Positions 8,906 through 18,953 of a stretch of 64,000 bases of DNA are shown piece by piece. The notes beneath the pieces were generated by a model. The model worked only from the letters and a program-made list of their open reading frames with translations. It was not told the DNA's origin and did no database searches. This DNA is from Candidatus Sulfomarinibacteraceae bacterium (GTDB taxonomy: Bacteria; Acidobacteriota; Thermoanaerobaculia; Thermoanaerobaculales; Sulfomarinibacteraceae): NCBI GenBank assembly GCA_963796455.1, contig CAWCLO010000005.1, positions 155,757 through 219,756 of the forward strand, in the 5' to 3' direction. How positions within the stretch are numbered: position 1 is the stretch's first letter; the number at the start of each line of letters is the position of its first letter. The position numbers and the translations under genes were made by a program.

Positions 8906-9879
8906 GATGCATCGCCTTCGCCGCGGGTCTGCTTCTCTCGGTTCTGTGCCTTGCCGAGGAGGCCGACTACATCGTGAGAGGCGGTGATCTCCCGGTGGCT
9001 GCGGCGAGCAACGGCTATCTCCAGGAAATTCGAACGCGGCCGGATGGTGGTCTGGACGTGCACGTCGCAACGTCCCTTGCTCCCATCGGTGCTCGAGCCA
9101 CTTATGCGGATATCGTAGCTCGTGGAGAGGCGGTGGCGCCGCTGGGTTTCGAGCTTCCTCCGCGATTGACGGCTGGTCTTCGTCCCGAGATGAGCGCCTG
9201 GGAAGCCGCGACCGCGATCATGGCCTGGACTGCGAATCGGGTCGCGGTCGACGTTCAAGATCGCGGCCCCCAGGATGCGGTATCGGTCCTTTCGAGGAAA
9301 CGCGGCCGATGCTCAGGACTGGCCAACGCCACGGTCGCCCTTCTCAACGCAGCGGGCTATGAGGCCCGCACGGTCAGCGGTTTACTGGTGGGGGACCGGG
9401 AGACGATCGCCCATCGATGGATCGAATGTCGGCTTCCCGGAGCTGGTTGGGTTGCCAGTGACCCGACCCTCGGTTTGTGGGCAATGACTCCGCGCCACCT
9501 GGTGTTCGGCGACACCGTGACATCCATGCCCCAGGTTCAGATCCAGAAAGCCGGAGTAGACGGTCTCGATCGTCTGCCGAGCTATGAGGGACGATTCCTC
9601 AGACCGAACAACGGTGCGGAACTTGTCTGCAACATTCGCTTGAATACGCCCGACCCGACGGCAGTGGCGGTTCTCAAAGGCGGCGGCAGCGAAGTGCGAC
9701 GGGCACAATTCGACCCCGACGCCAGGTTCGCCGGTCTCCTGCCCGGTCTCTGGGTCTTGGAGGTCGTGGTCGGGGGTGTGGTGGTCGAACGGCGCGAGTT
9801 TGAACTCCGATCCGGAGATGTCAGGGTTTACACAGTCAAGGATCTGGGCGATCAGTCCGTCAGGGAATCGGAATCGTGA
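8902..9879 (+). CDS. Exported transglutaminase-like (Cys-His-Asp) protein
   Basis: Signal peptide; GRCSGLAN...ARTVSG...HRWIE...WVASDPT. Confidence 0.8.
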   Translation: MRCIAFAAGLLLSVLCLAEEADYIVRGGDLPVAAASNGYLQEIRTRPDGGLDVHVATSLAPIGARATYADIVARGEAVAPLGFELPPRLTAGLRPEMSAWEAATAIMAWTANRVAVDVQDRGPQDAVSVLSRKRGRCSGLANATVALLNAAGYEARTVSGLLVGDRETIAHRWIECRLPGAGWVASDPTLGLWAMTPRHLVFGDTVTSMPQVQIQKAGVDGLDRLPSYEGRFLRPNNGAELVCNIRLNTPDPTAVAVLKGGGSEVRRAQFDPDARFAGLLPGLWVLEVVVGGVVVERREFELRSGDVRVYTVKDLGDQSVRESES

Positions 9880-11195
9880 AAAGGGTTCTCTCCGGGAGTC
9901 TCGAGCACCTGTCGCCGACATCCTTGTTGCGGCTGGTCTCGGCCACCTCTCCGAGCGGGAAACTCGAGCTCGATACGGCCGACGGATCGTTGCGCCTCGA
10001 AGTCGATCGGGGTCGCGTGAGAATGCCCTCGAAGGCCGAGCTGGAGATTGCCGGACGAATCCTCGGGTGTCGCCGCGGTGAGTTTCGCTTCACACCGGGG
10101 GATGTCGCGTCCTTTGCCGGAGAGGCTCTCAGTTTGACGGCCTTTGCCGAAGCGGCCGGTGGGGCGGCTTCAGATGTGGAGCTCGATCGTCTTCTGGCCG
10201 AGGAGTTGTTGGAAGTGGCGGGCCCGGAGAACCGGCCCAAGATCCACGTGTTGCCGATCGCACCCCCGGTGAACCCCCTCGATGATCTGGTCTCGGGCCT
10301 CGATGTGGGGGCTCCTGTGGAATTGAGCCACGCAGAGATCGGGGTGATGGCGCAAGACCCGAGGTGGTGGCGGGGTACGCTGGAACACGAATGGCAGCAA
10401 CGGGGCTGGACGATTCGCCAGCTCAGTTTTGATGATGCAATCGATCTCGCGGCGGTCGACGTGGTGGTGGTTCACCACCATGGATCCAGTGCCTGGGCCG
10501 GGCGAGAGGAGCAGTGGCTCGAAATGGTTGCTGCGGCAAACGAGTTGGAACCGCCGGTACCGGTGGTGTGGGTAACGCCAGTTGGTGATCCGGTCTGGGT
10601 ACAACGGCTGATCAGGGCCGGAGTCGCGTTTCTGATTCCGGCACACCCGGCGGATTCCGGTGAGGCGGCAACTCAGTTCGCTGAGGTGGTGTCCCTGGTG
10701 GTCGAGCGGAATCTCCAGTCGCGAGCCGGTGCCGAGCACACAATTCTGCCGTCGGGCGTTTCCGAACTCGTTGGTGCGTTATTGTCGGAACACGATCCGG
10801 ACCAGGGAATTGCCTCCTTGTTGCAGCTTGCGGCCGAACACTTCACCCGCGGTGCAGTCTTGATGGTCGAAGAATCGGCCTTCCGTTGCCGGGCGGGTTT
10901 TGAGTATCCTCTCGATCGGGACCGGACGACGTTGCCCCGTGGTATCGATCTGCTCGAGCGGGTGATCGGGGAAGGTGAAGCGGTTATGTCCGTCGAGCCG
11001 GATTCGGACGACGGGCAGCAGCTGGCGGCGGTCATGGGAGTCGACCGGTTGGTCCCCGAAACCGCACTGATTCCCCTGGGTCGAAGTGGCACGGTTGCGG
11101 GTGTGCTTGTGGCCGATCGACATGGGGAAGACCTCCCCGATCTTGCGGACCTGGTGCGTCTCGCGGGACGGCTTGGAGGCGCAGCGGTTTCCTGA
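9876..11195 (+). CDS. DUF4388-like N-terminal domain, degenerate receiver-like middle, GAF-like C-terminus
   Basis: LSGSLEHLSPTSLLRLV..SGKLEL...GEFRF; C-terminal ALIPLGRSGTVAGVLVAD. Confidence 0.6.
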   Translation: MKRVLSGSLEHLSPTSLLRLVSATSPSGKLELDTADGSLRLEVDRGRVRMPSKAELEIAGRILGCRRGEFRFTPGDVASFAGEALSLTAFAEAAGGAASDVELDRLLAEELLEVAGPENRPKIHVLPIAPPVNPLDDLVSGLDVGAPVELSHAEIGVMAQDPRWWRGTLEHEWQQRGWTIRQLSFDDAIDLAAVDVVVVHHHGSSAWAGREEQWLEMVAAANELEPPVPVVWVTPVGDPVWVQRLIRAGVAFLIPAHPADSGEAATQFAEVVSLVVERNLQSRAGAEHTILPSGVSELVGALLSEHDPDQGIASLLQLAAEHFTRGAVLMVEESAFRCRAGFEYPLDRDRTTLPRGIDLLERVIGEGEAVMSVEPDSDDGQQLAAVMGVDRLVPETALIPLGRSGTVAGVLVADRHGEDLPDLADLVRLAGRLGGAAVS

Positions 11196-11297
11196 GACTG
11201 TTGTCGCGTTGTTCCCAAAATGTGCTGAATTCCACTTCAAAACGTGCGAATCATCACCAAAAGTGGCGGTTTTTTCCCGATCGGGGTGTTGCGTCGT

Positions 11298-11326
11298 TTG
11301 ACACTCACTGATCCCGGACCTAAGCT
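11298..11326 (+). promoter_or_regulatory. Sigma70-type promoter
   Basis: TTGACA-N17-TAAGCT upstream of 11448 CDS. Confidence 0.65.
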
Positions 11327-11447
11327 TTCTCGTGAGTCTGTCTGGCGAGTGTACCGGAGGGCAGCTCGATTGCGCCAAGATCGAACACCAGGTCTGCCTG
11401 GGTATTTTCGATTTCTGGTCGATCGGGTGGAGGGTGGCAGAGAGGCA

Positions 11448-13268
11448 ATGTTCAAGTTGATGATCGAATCCGGTGGCAGCGCCGAGTTGAGCTATGAGCT
11501 CGACGCGGATGTGGTTGCTATCGGCGCAGCGAGCAGCAACGATGTTGTCGTGACGGCGCCCGGAGTGGCTCCGAATCACCTCGTCATTCGCCGTACCGGT
11601 CGCTCCTACACATTTGTCGGGCAACATCGGCAGATCGTGATCCTCAACGGTAAACGGAGATCTCGCGGAGTCCTCACCGAGGGGGACAGGATCCGTATCG
11701 GCACCGCGACCATTACAGTCACAGGCTCCGACGACCGCGAAGAAGCGACAACCGATATCGAGGTGGTGACACCCACAGCCCCTGAAACCGTCGAGATCCC
11801 GGTGATTCCGGAAGAAGAGCCCGAACGGCAACGTGCCGAGGTTGCTCTATTCAACGAGCCGGAGCGGCTGGCGAGGAGCCGCCGGAAATTGCTCGAGGTG
11901 TTCCAGACCGGAATTCAGATGGATATGGTTGCGGCCCTCGAGAGCTACCTCGATGGGGTTTTCCCCGGCCGGAAATCAATGTTGGCCTGGCTCGATCAAA
12001 AGGGCCACCTGCAGCCGATTGTCAGTAATTGGCAGGGATCCATACCGCAGCTTCCATTGCGGACCTTTGCCGAGCTTGCTGTCGGCGACAGGGTTGCCGT
12101 CCTTCGCGGAGCCAACCGTGAGTTGATCATCTATCCGGTGCCGCTCGGAGATGAGGCCAACGTCTATCTTTTTGCCGAAATCGACGGTGGTGATCTTGAC
12201 GAGGATCGGATTCTCCTTGCGGAGCTTGCGGGGATGCTTGCCCTCCAGTGGGAGAGTGTTTCCAATTCCAGCTCATTTTTCGGGCGATGGGAGGCCGATG
12301 CCAGAGATCGTCTGGAAAAGCGTCTTCCCGGAACCTCGCAGGCGGTTCAGTTGCTTCGTGACCAGATGTTGTCGGCGGCTCGCGCCTCGGCACCGGTCAT
12401 GTTCTACGGCCGTTCCGGGTCGGGAAGAGCCTATCTGGCGTCGTTGATCGCCGGTCTGTGTCCGACTGGCAAACCGTGGATCCGGGTCGTTCAGGTTCGG
12501 GACGAAGAAGCAGCGCTCCGCGCCGAGCTCTTTGGCACGGGAACCACACTGGGTGTGCGCGGGCTCGCCGAACGTGCAGGTGGGGGCGTTGTGGTCGTTC
12601 GTGATTTCCACCGCATGACGCCGCAACTGCAGCGTGAAACGGCGGCCGCCATCGAGCAGGATCTAGGCAGCGGCATCGGTCCGCAAGTCCGATGGGTATT
12701 GACGACAGACGAAGACTGCATGGATATGGTGGCGGATGGACGCCTCAATGCCCTTCTCGCCAACCTTGTTGAGGGACAGCTGATCCGGGTTCCACCGCTC
12801 GACGAGCGACGTGAAGACCTGCCGTTGGTGATCGTCAGAATGCTCGAAACCGTCGGTGTCGAACAGGGCAAGAAGATCCAAGGAATCGCGTTGGAGACCA
12901 TCGACAGCCTGCTCAGTCATCCCTTTGATGGTCAGATGACCGAGCTTCTGCACGAGCTGAGGCGTCTGGTTTCTGCGACCCCGGATGGCGAGATCGTGCG
13001 CGGCTCGGTGAGTCGATCGACGATTCAGCTGGGTGGTTCGGCCGCCGATGTTGAGGACGCCGTCGATACGTCCCTGGTTCTGGGGCATGATGATCTCAAG
13101 GTAGTGATACCCGCAGTCGAGAAGTTGTTGATCGACCGTGTGCTGCGGCGCGCGCTCGGCAACCAGAGCAAGGCCGCCCGTGAACTCAATCTCTCGCGGG
13201 GCGCCCTGATCGCCAAGATCAAAGAATACGGCATCGAAGACTACCGGGCGCTCCGCCGTAGCAAATAG
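11448..13268 (+). CDS. FHA-like + GAF-like + degenerate sigma54-activator AAA+ + Fis-type HTH regulator
   Basis: IGAASSNDVV...LTEGDRIRIG; VPPLDERREDLP; GNQSKAARELNLSR. Confidence 0.8.
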   Translation: MFKLMIESGGSAELSYELDADVVAIGAASSNDVVVTAPGVAPNHLVIRRTGRSYTFVGQHRQIVILNGKRRSRGVLTEGDRIRIGTATITVTGSDDREEATTDIEVVTPTAPETVEIPVIPEEEPERQRAEVALFNEPERLARSRRKLLEVFQTGIQMDMVAALESYLDGVFPGRKSMLAWLDQKGHLQPIVSNWQGSIPQLPLRTFAELAVGDRVAVLRGANRELIIYPVPLGDEANVYLFAEIDGGDLDEDRILLAELAGMLALQWESVSNSSSFFGRWEADARDRLEKRLPGTSQAVQLLRDQMLSAARASAPVMFYGRSGSGRAYLASLIAGLCPTGKPWIRVVQVRDEEAALRAELFGTGTTLGVRGLAERAGGGVVVVRDFHRMTPQLQRETAAAIEQDLGSGIGPQVRWVLTTDEDCMDMVADGRLNALLANLVEGQLIRVPPLDERREDLPLVIVRMLETVGVEQGKKIQGIALETIDSLLSHPFDGQMTELLHELRRLVSATPDGEIVRGSVSRSTIQLGGSAADVEDAVDTSLVLGHDDLKVVIPAVEKLLIDRVLRRALGNQSKAARELNLSRGALIAKIKEYGIEDYRALRRSK

Positions 13269-13300
13269 CTTCACCCGCAACAGTTCGTTCGAAACCACTC

Positions 13301-13545
13301 GTTTCCAAGACAGAGTCTCGGACAGCGTTCAGGGACAGCGGCAGCGAACGGGAGTCAGCGGCAACGACAGTGATCAGCGCCAGCCAACCGTAGTCAGCGA
13401 TCAGCGCGCACTTCTTCTCGACCCTGGCTTTTGTGGTGCGGCCGTTCCGTTTGTTGAACGACCCGGAGGTGGCCAGGCCGTCACTGCACCTGATCGCCGC
13501 CGCTGATCGCTGTCCCTGTCGCCGGATACTGTCGCTGCCGCTGTA
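13301..13545 (-). repeat. Modular intergenic element, copy 2 (44-bp core at 13454-13497; most of REP doublet absent)
   Basis: Reverse complement aligns with 26221-26485. Confidence 0.85.
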
Positions 13546-13661
13546 ATTCGGGCACGGGCGCGGGGGGACCCGCGAACCGGAAATGCCAAAAACCAACCAG
13601 AGAGTCTCGTGCTGCCAAGTGGGCAACTTCATCGAAGATTTATTCTGGACCGCAGTGGTTC

Positions 13662-16202
13662 TTAGCCTGCCACATGCAGCGCTTCGAGCGCCGCACGCAG
13701 TTCAGCCGCGCTGGCGAAACGGTTGCCAGGCTCCTTTTCGAGGCAGCGCAAGATGATCCTCCCGAGCTCCGGATCGAGATCCGGAACCAGGTCGAGCGGA
13801 TCGGGGGGCTGGGCCTTGAGGTGAGAATCGATGACGTTGCCCTTGTGGAACGGCGGACGTCCCGTAGCGAGGTGAAATGCGGTGGCTCCGAAGGCGTAGA
13901 TATCGGTGGCCGGGGTCGGTGGGAGACCGCGAATCTGTTCCGGAGCCATATAAAAGGGGGTGCCGCTGATCGAGGCCCGTTCGCCATCCTCATGGTCGAG
14001 CCGGGCAGCGATCCCGAAGTCGAGAATCTTCACATCGAGTTCGGGTGTCAGAAGAATATTCCCCGGTTTGAGATCGCGGTGGATGACGTGATGGCTGTGG
14101 GCGTATGTAACGGCCGCGGCGACCCTGGACAACAGGGGCGCGAGAATCGAGCGGATTCGGGTTGGGTCCTTTTTGAGCAGGACATCCAGGGCCTCGCCGG
14201 GGACGTATTCCATCGCGATGAAATAACCATCAAAACCGACTTCGAAGTCATGGATCGTGACGATCCCCGGGTGATTAAGGGTTGCGGCCGCTTTTGCCTC
14301 CTGGCTGAGACGGGCCGCCTCGGTCGAGGAGGTCGTTCGCAGAACCTTGATCGCAACATCCCGTTCGAGGCGGGTATCGCGGGCTTTGTAGACGACCCCC
14401 ATGCCGCCGCGGCCGAGCTTGGTCAGAATTTCGTAGCGGTGTTGTGCGGTCGGCGTGTCCCCTGCTGTTGCCGGCCGGCTTCGAGTTCCGGCCACTGCGG
14501 CGTCCCGGGCCTCGGAGATCTCGGATCGCAGTTTTCGTGCCGGTTCGAAGGAGTAGTCGAAGGCGAGGATCCTCTCGAGTTGGACATTCGCCTGTTCATG
14601 TTCGCCGGCGAGATATAGCTCCCTTGCCAGGGCGACGGCGGGGTCTAGCCGCCCCGGTTGCAGGGCGACACCGATGACTGCCCTTTGCAAACAGGAAATG
14701 GCGACTTCGGTGGAGCGGTGCTCGCGCGCCCATTCGGCCATGTCGAGAACCACACGAGGAATATCGGGAATCGGCCCGGGGTGGTTTTGCAGCACATCGC
14801 AGGCTTCGGCCAGGAGCCCGGCACGGTGGAGCTCTGATAGAGCATCCTGCAGATAACCAAGCCTCGCCATACAATGGGCGGTTCCGTCGGCGATCCCGAG
14901 ACCACGATAGAGCTGAAGCGCCCGTTCGTCCTCCCCGGCGAGCTCCGCGCATCGAGCGGCGGCCTCGATACTTCCGGCGAGCTCGTAGATGTCACTCGCC
15001 TCACCCCACCGGCTCAATCGTTCGAGGATCGGTGCGGCGAGATGCCACAATTGGGCGTTGATCGCCAGATCGGCGGCCTCCGCCTCCTCGTTCTGCTCGA
15101 GAAGCTTTGCGATCGATTCCTCGGCTCTTCCGGAGGCACCGATGACCTCCACCATCTCGCGACGCATGCCGAGGTCGGAGAGGACCGGAATCAACGCTTC
15201 CTCTTCGCGCTCGATCTGTTGGCTCAGTTCCACCACCTCGGCTCGTCCCGCCTCGCCGCGGGCCTGGGCCATCTCCAGGCGATCGCGCGATCGTTTGAGC
15301 TGTTGCAGGCGGATCGTTGCTGCCTCGTGTGGATGGCCTGCTGCCGATTCGGCGACAGCCGCGTCATGCATGTGGCCCGCCTTGCGGAAAATGTCGGCCG
15401 CGTGGGCGTGGTCTCCCGCCGATCTCCAGGCGTGGGCCGCGGCGTGCCAGTTGCCTTCGATCTCGTGCAGCCGTGCCAGTGCCCGATGGTCGCCGATGGT
15501 CTCGACGGCTCGGCGAGCCGCCGGCAGGGACGGGTGTGATGAACTGAAGCGTCCCTCTTCAAGAGCGACCCTCGCTGCACCGGCGGCCCGCTTTGGCTCG
15601 CCGGCGCGCATCCAGGCTTCGACCGCCTCTTCGTAGCGACCCCGGCTCGAGAGCCACTCGGCCAGATCCCTGTCACACTTCTGGGCGCCGCCGATGTCAC
15701 CGGATCGCCGGTGGAGACGCGCCGCTTCAGCCAGGTGATGGCCACCGGCCCGCCGGAGGAGTTCCGCCGCCTCGTGATCGCGGCCGAGATCGACGGCGAT
15801 CCGCGCGGCGTCGCTCCAGGCTCGGGCTTTCTTGTAGAGGGAGAGCGCGTTCTTGAGTTTGCCCTCGCGGGCCTGCATCTGGGCCGCACCGAGAAAATCG
15901 CCCCGGTTGACCAGAGTTCGGACCAGGCGTTGTTGCGGGCTCCCGCTGAGGAGAAGTTGCCACAGGCCACCGGCGATGAGCAGGCCAGCGGCCGCGTTGG
16001 CGATCACCAGCACGGTCGGATCGGTCAGGAGTTGGGGAATCAAAGCCTCGACCGAATCGGAGGGCACCAGGGTCTTTGCCAGCCATGGAAGATTGAAGAC
16101 CGCGGCGAGGGTAAAACCGATAAACAACAGAATCACCGACCGTCGTGTGCTCGACGGGACTGCGGCGATCAGCAGCAGGGGCAGAACCGGTTCCAAACTC
16201 AT
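13662..16202 (-). CDS. Membrane-anchored Ser/Thr protein kinase with long TPR/alpha-solenoid region
   Basis: N-terminal TM helices; AAxxxxxAG repeats; LGRGGMGVVY, VAIK, HRDLKPGN, DFG, GTPFYMAPE. Confidence 0.9.
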   Translation of the reverse strand: MSLEPVLPLLLIAAVPSSTRRSVILLFIGFTLAAVFNLPWLAKTLVPSDSVEALIPQLLTDPTVLVIANAAAGLLIAGGLWQLLLSGSPQQRLVRTLVNRGDFLGAAQMQAREGKLKNALSLYKKARAWSDAARIAVDLGRDHEAAELLRRAGGHHLAEAARLHRRSGDIGGAQKCDRDLAEWLSSRGRYEEAVEAWMRAGEPKRAAGAARVALEEGRFSSSHPSLPAARRAVETIGDHRALARLHEIEGNWHAAAHAWRSAGDHAHAADIFRKAGHMHDAAVAESAAGHPHEAATIRLQQLKRSRDRLEMAQARGEAGRAEVVELSQQIEREEEALIPVLSDLGMRREMVEVIGASGRAEESIAKLLEQNEEAEAADLAINAQLWHLAAPILERLSRWGEASDIYELAGSIEAAARCAELAGEDERALQLYRGLGIADGTAHCMARLGYLQDALSELHRAGLLAEACDVLQNHPGPIPDIPRVVLDMAEWAREHRSTEVAISCLQRAVIGVALQPGRLDPAVALARELYLAGEHEQANVQLERILAFDYSFEPARKLRSEISEARDAAVAGTRSRPATAGDTPTAQHRYEILTKLGRGGMGVVYKARDTRLERDVAIKVLRTTSSTEAARLSQEAKAAATLNHPGIVTIHDFEVGFDGYFIAMEYVPGEALDVLLKKDPTRIRSILAPLLSRVAAAVTYAHSHHVIHRDLKPGNILLTPELDVKILDFGIAARLDHEDGERASISGTPFYMAPEQIRGLPPTPATDIYAFGATAFHLATGRPPFHKGNVIDSHLKAQPPDPLDLVPDLDPELGRIILRCLEKEPGNRFASAAELRAALEALHVAG

Positions 16203-16272
16203 TTCAGCATTTTATCTTGCCTTGCGCCCAAGCTGACATCGGGTCAGCTGGGATCCGCTTTCAAACAGGCGG

Positions 16273-16300
16273 TTGAAATATTATGTAAACTCGCTCATAT
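16273..16300 (+). promoter_or_regulatory. Possible sigma32 (RpoH)-like promoter
   Basis: TTGAAA-N14-GCTCATAT upstream of a DnaJ-family gene. Confidence 0.35.
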
Positions 16301-16385
16301 TTCTGTTTGTCCATCGAATCGTGAGGCGGTCTTGAGCGACAAGCGCCGATCGTGATTGGACACCGCGAGATGCCTGGGAGGTATT

Positions 16386-17414
16386 GTGCCGTCAGATTTC
16401 TACACAACCCTTGGGGTTGAACGCAGCGCTTCGAAGGCCGAGATCAAAAAGGCCTATCGGAAGCTGGCGCGTAAGTTTCACCCCGATGTGAATCCCGAGA
16501 ATCCGGAAGCCGAGAAGAGATTCAAAGAGATTCAGGAAGCTTACTCAGTGCTCTCCGACGAGAAGAAGCGCAAGCAGTACGATACTTTCGGTCATGTCGA
16601 GGGCGGTCCCGACGGTGGATTCGATCCATTTCGCCAGACAAGTTCCTCTTGGCGGGATGCCGGAGGATATCGATTCGATTTCGGAGATGCCGAGGGTCGC
16701 GGAGGTGGGGCTCCGGATCTCGGGGACCTCTTCAGTCAGTTTTTTGGTGGCCGGCAAGGTGCCCAGGCGCAGCCTCGTCCGCGCCGCGGAAGTGATCACG
16801 AGGTCGAGTTCGAGATCGCCTTCAAGGATGCGATCAATGGCACCAGCGTGACGATTCCGGTCCAGCGTCAGGTTTTCTGTTCCGAGTGCGGCGGCAGCGG
16901 AAACAGCAGTGGCCGTGTTTGCCCCAGTTGCCACGGTTCGGGCGTTTTGATCTCGACCGAACGGCTGCGGGTAAAAATCCCTGAAGGGATTGCAGACGGA
17001 AAACAGGTTCGCGTGCTTGGCAAGGGGGCCGAGGGACGTGATGGCGGTCAGCCGGGGAATCTCTATGTCCGGGTACGTGTGCGACCGGACAGCTTCTTCA
17101 AACGAGAAGGCGACAATATTTTGACCGCGATTCCGGTGACCTTTACCGAGGCCTATCGCGGCAGTGAAATCGAAGTCGGGACGATTCATGGACCGGTTCG
17201 CGCCAAGGTTCCGGCCGGCACCAACTCGGGTCGGACCTTCCGCCTCCGAGGCAAGGGTGCCCGCAATACCAAGACCCGGGCCTACGGTGACCATCTCTAC
17301 ACGGTGCAGATCGTGGTTCCGAAGGTCATGTCGCCGGCCGGGGAGGAAACCGCCCGCCACGTCGCCGATCTCTACCAGTCGGATCCGCGGGAGGACCTGC
17401 CCACAGGGCTCTGA
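16386..17414 (+). CDS. DnaJ-family co-chaperone (J domain, G/F region, two CxxCxGxG, C-terminal domain)
   Basis: [37 protein letters not shown] before GTG 16386. Confidence 0.9.
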   Translation: MPSDFYTTLGVERSASKAEIKKAYRKLARKFHPDVNPENPEAEKRFKEIQEAYSVLSDEKKRKQYDTFGHVEGGPDGGFDPFRQTSSSWRDAGGYRFDFGDAEGRGGGAPDLGDLFSQFFGGRQGAQAQPRPRRGSDHEVEFEIAFKDAINGTSVTIPVQRQVFCSECGGSGNSSGRVCPSCHGSGVLISTERLRVKIPEGIADGKQVRVLGKGAEGRDGGQPGNLYVRVRVRPDSFFKREGDNILTAIPVTFTEAYRGSEIEVGTIHGPVRAKVPAGTNSGRTFRLRGKGARNTKTRAYGDHLYTVQIVVPKVMSPAGEETARHVADLYQSDPREDLPTGL

Positions 17415-17527
17415 GTTCGGAATTCGGAATTCGGAGTTTTCCACCTGAAAATAACGCCAACGGTTTTGGCGGAAGAGCTCACTCCGAATTCCGAACTCCG
17501 AACTCCGAACTCCGAACTCCGAACTCG
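17413..17527. repeat. Inverted heptamer tandem arrays between convergent genes
   Basis: (GARTTCG)n at 17413-17438 facing (CGAAYTC)n at 17481-17527. Confidence 0.9.
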
Positions 17528-17532
17528 GCAGC

Positions 17533-18057
17533 CTACGCAGTAGGTTGCCAGACGCCGAGCTTGCGCATCTTGGCGACCCGGCGAAGGAAGAGGCGCCGTT
17601 TCAAACCGCGCAGGTGGTGGATGAGCAGGACGCCATCGAGATGATCCATCTCGTGGCAGACAGCCTGGGCGAAAAGACCCTCGGCCTCAAACTCTCTCCA
17701 GGCGCCGTTCTGATCCTGTGCGCGCACCCGAAGCGAGGTCGGTCGATCGATGCTTGTAAAGAGCCCGGGGAAAGAAAGACAACCCTCTTCGAGGCTCGAT
17801 CGTCCCTGGCTGTGGACGATCTCCGGATTGGCAAGGACGATCTGTGAATCGGGGTCCTTCCCGACCGAGAGATCGATGGTGGCAAGCTTGAAATTGACAC
17901 CGATCTGGGGGGCCGCGAGCCCGAGGCCGGGAGCCTTCCACCCGGTTTCGAAGAGGTCGTCGATCAGCGATTGCAGATCCGCTCCAAAGTCCTCGACCGT
18001 TTGATTCGCGTTTTCGAGGCGGGGATCGCCGTAAACGAGGATCGGCCGGACCGTCAT
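17533..18057 (-). CDS. def: Peptide deformylase
   Basis: GLGLAAPQIG, EGCLSFPG, HEMDHLDG. Confidence 0.95.
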   Translation of the reverse strand: MTVRPILVYGDPRLENANQTVEDFGADLQSLIDDLFETGWKAPGLGLAAPQIGVNFKLATIDLSVGKDPDSQIVLANPEIVHSQGRSSLEEGCLSFPGLFTSIDRPTSLRVRAQDQNGAWREFEAEGLFAQAVCHEMDHLDGVLLIHHLRGLKRRLFLRRVAKMRKLGVWQPTA

Positions 18058-18953
18058 GCTTCGGTATCAGCCTCGTTGTCCGAATTGCCGAACTTGATCA
18101 CCATTCTCTTGACCTGGGCCCCGTGTCCACGAATGCGGCCGATGACCGCTTCCACCGTGTCTTCTGCCCGCCGGTTGCAGAATTTTTCGAGCACGTCACG
18201 AACTTCTGGGTGGCCCTCGGCGATGCGGTCGACATCGGCGCGATCGAGTTCGATGGCTGTGACCTCGGTTCGCGCGGTGATGGTCGCGGTCCGGGGTTTG
18301 CCGGAGACGAGAGAGACCTCACCAAAAAAATCTCCGGGACCGAGTTCGGCAAGAGGAAGGTTTCCACCATCGGTTCCGCGGGTGAAAACCTTGACGGTGC
18401 CGCCCACGATCAGAAACAAACTCGAGCCGTGTTCTCCTTCGGTGACGATGATGTCGCCCTCGTCGTAGGACCGCAGCTCGGTGGAGGCGATGATTTCGAT
18501 CAGGGTCTCCCTCTCGAAGGACGAAAAGAGGGTCGAGGCCTGGATCTCCTTGAGTTCCTGATCGACGGCAACCGCCTCTTCTTCGATGGAAGCCTTGATC
18601 TGCCGTTGTTTCTGATCGGCCTCCCGGCTCTGCTGATCCTCTTCGATCAACCGCGCCAGATCCGAGTGAATGTCCTGCTCGGGGTCGAGGCGGAGGATTT
18701 TTTTGTAGATGGCGATGGCCCGCGCGTAGAAACCATCACGGGCCTGTTGTTCCGCGATGTCACGATAGATGAAAATGGCCTTGGCCCGGTCGCCTTTGAG
18801 ATCGATGATATCCGCCTGGCGGAGCCGTAGATTGAGTTGTTTGGGGTTTTTCCACAGCTCCTTTTTGATGGCTTCGAGTGCACTGTCGTAATCCTTGGCG
18901 GCCAGGTACTGATCCAGTTTGTCGATTCCGACGCCCGAGGGGCCGATTTTCAT
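18054..18953 (-). CDS. TPR + cyclic-nucleotide-binding domain protein
   Basis: AIAIYKKILRLDP; GDFFGEVSL..KPRTATITA. Confidence 0.85.
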   Translation of the reverse strand: MKIGPSGVGIDKLDQYLAAKDYDSALEAIKKELWKNPKQLNLRLRQADIIDLKGDRAKAIFIYRDIAEQQARDGFYARAIAIYKKILRLDPEQDIHSDLARLIEEDQQSREADQKQRQIKASIEEEAVAVDQELKEIQASTLFSSFERETLIEIIASTELRSYDEGDIIVTEGEHGSSLFLIVGGTVKVFTRGTDGGNLPLAELGPGDFFGEVSLVSGKPRTATITARTEVTAIELDRADVDRIAEGHPEVRDVLEKFCNRRAEDTVEAVIGRIRGHGAQVKRMVIKFGNSDNEADTEA

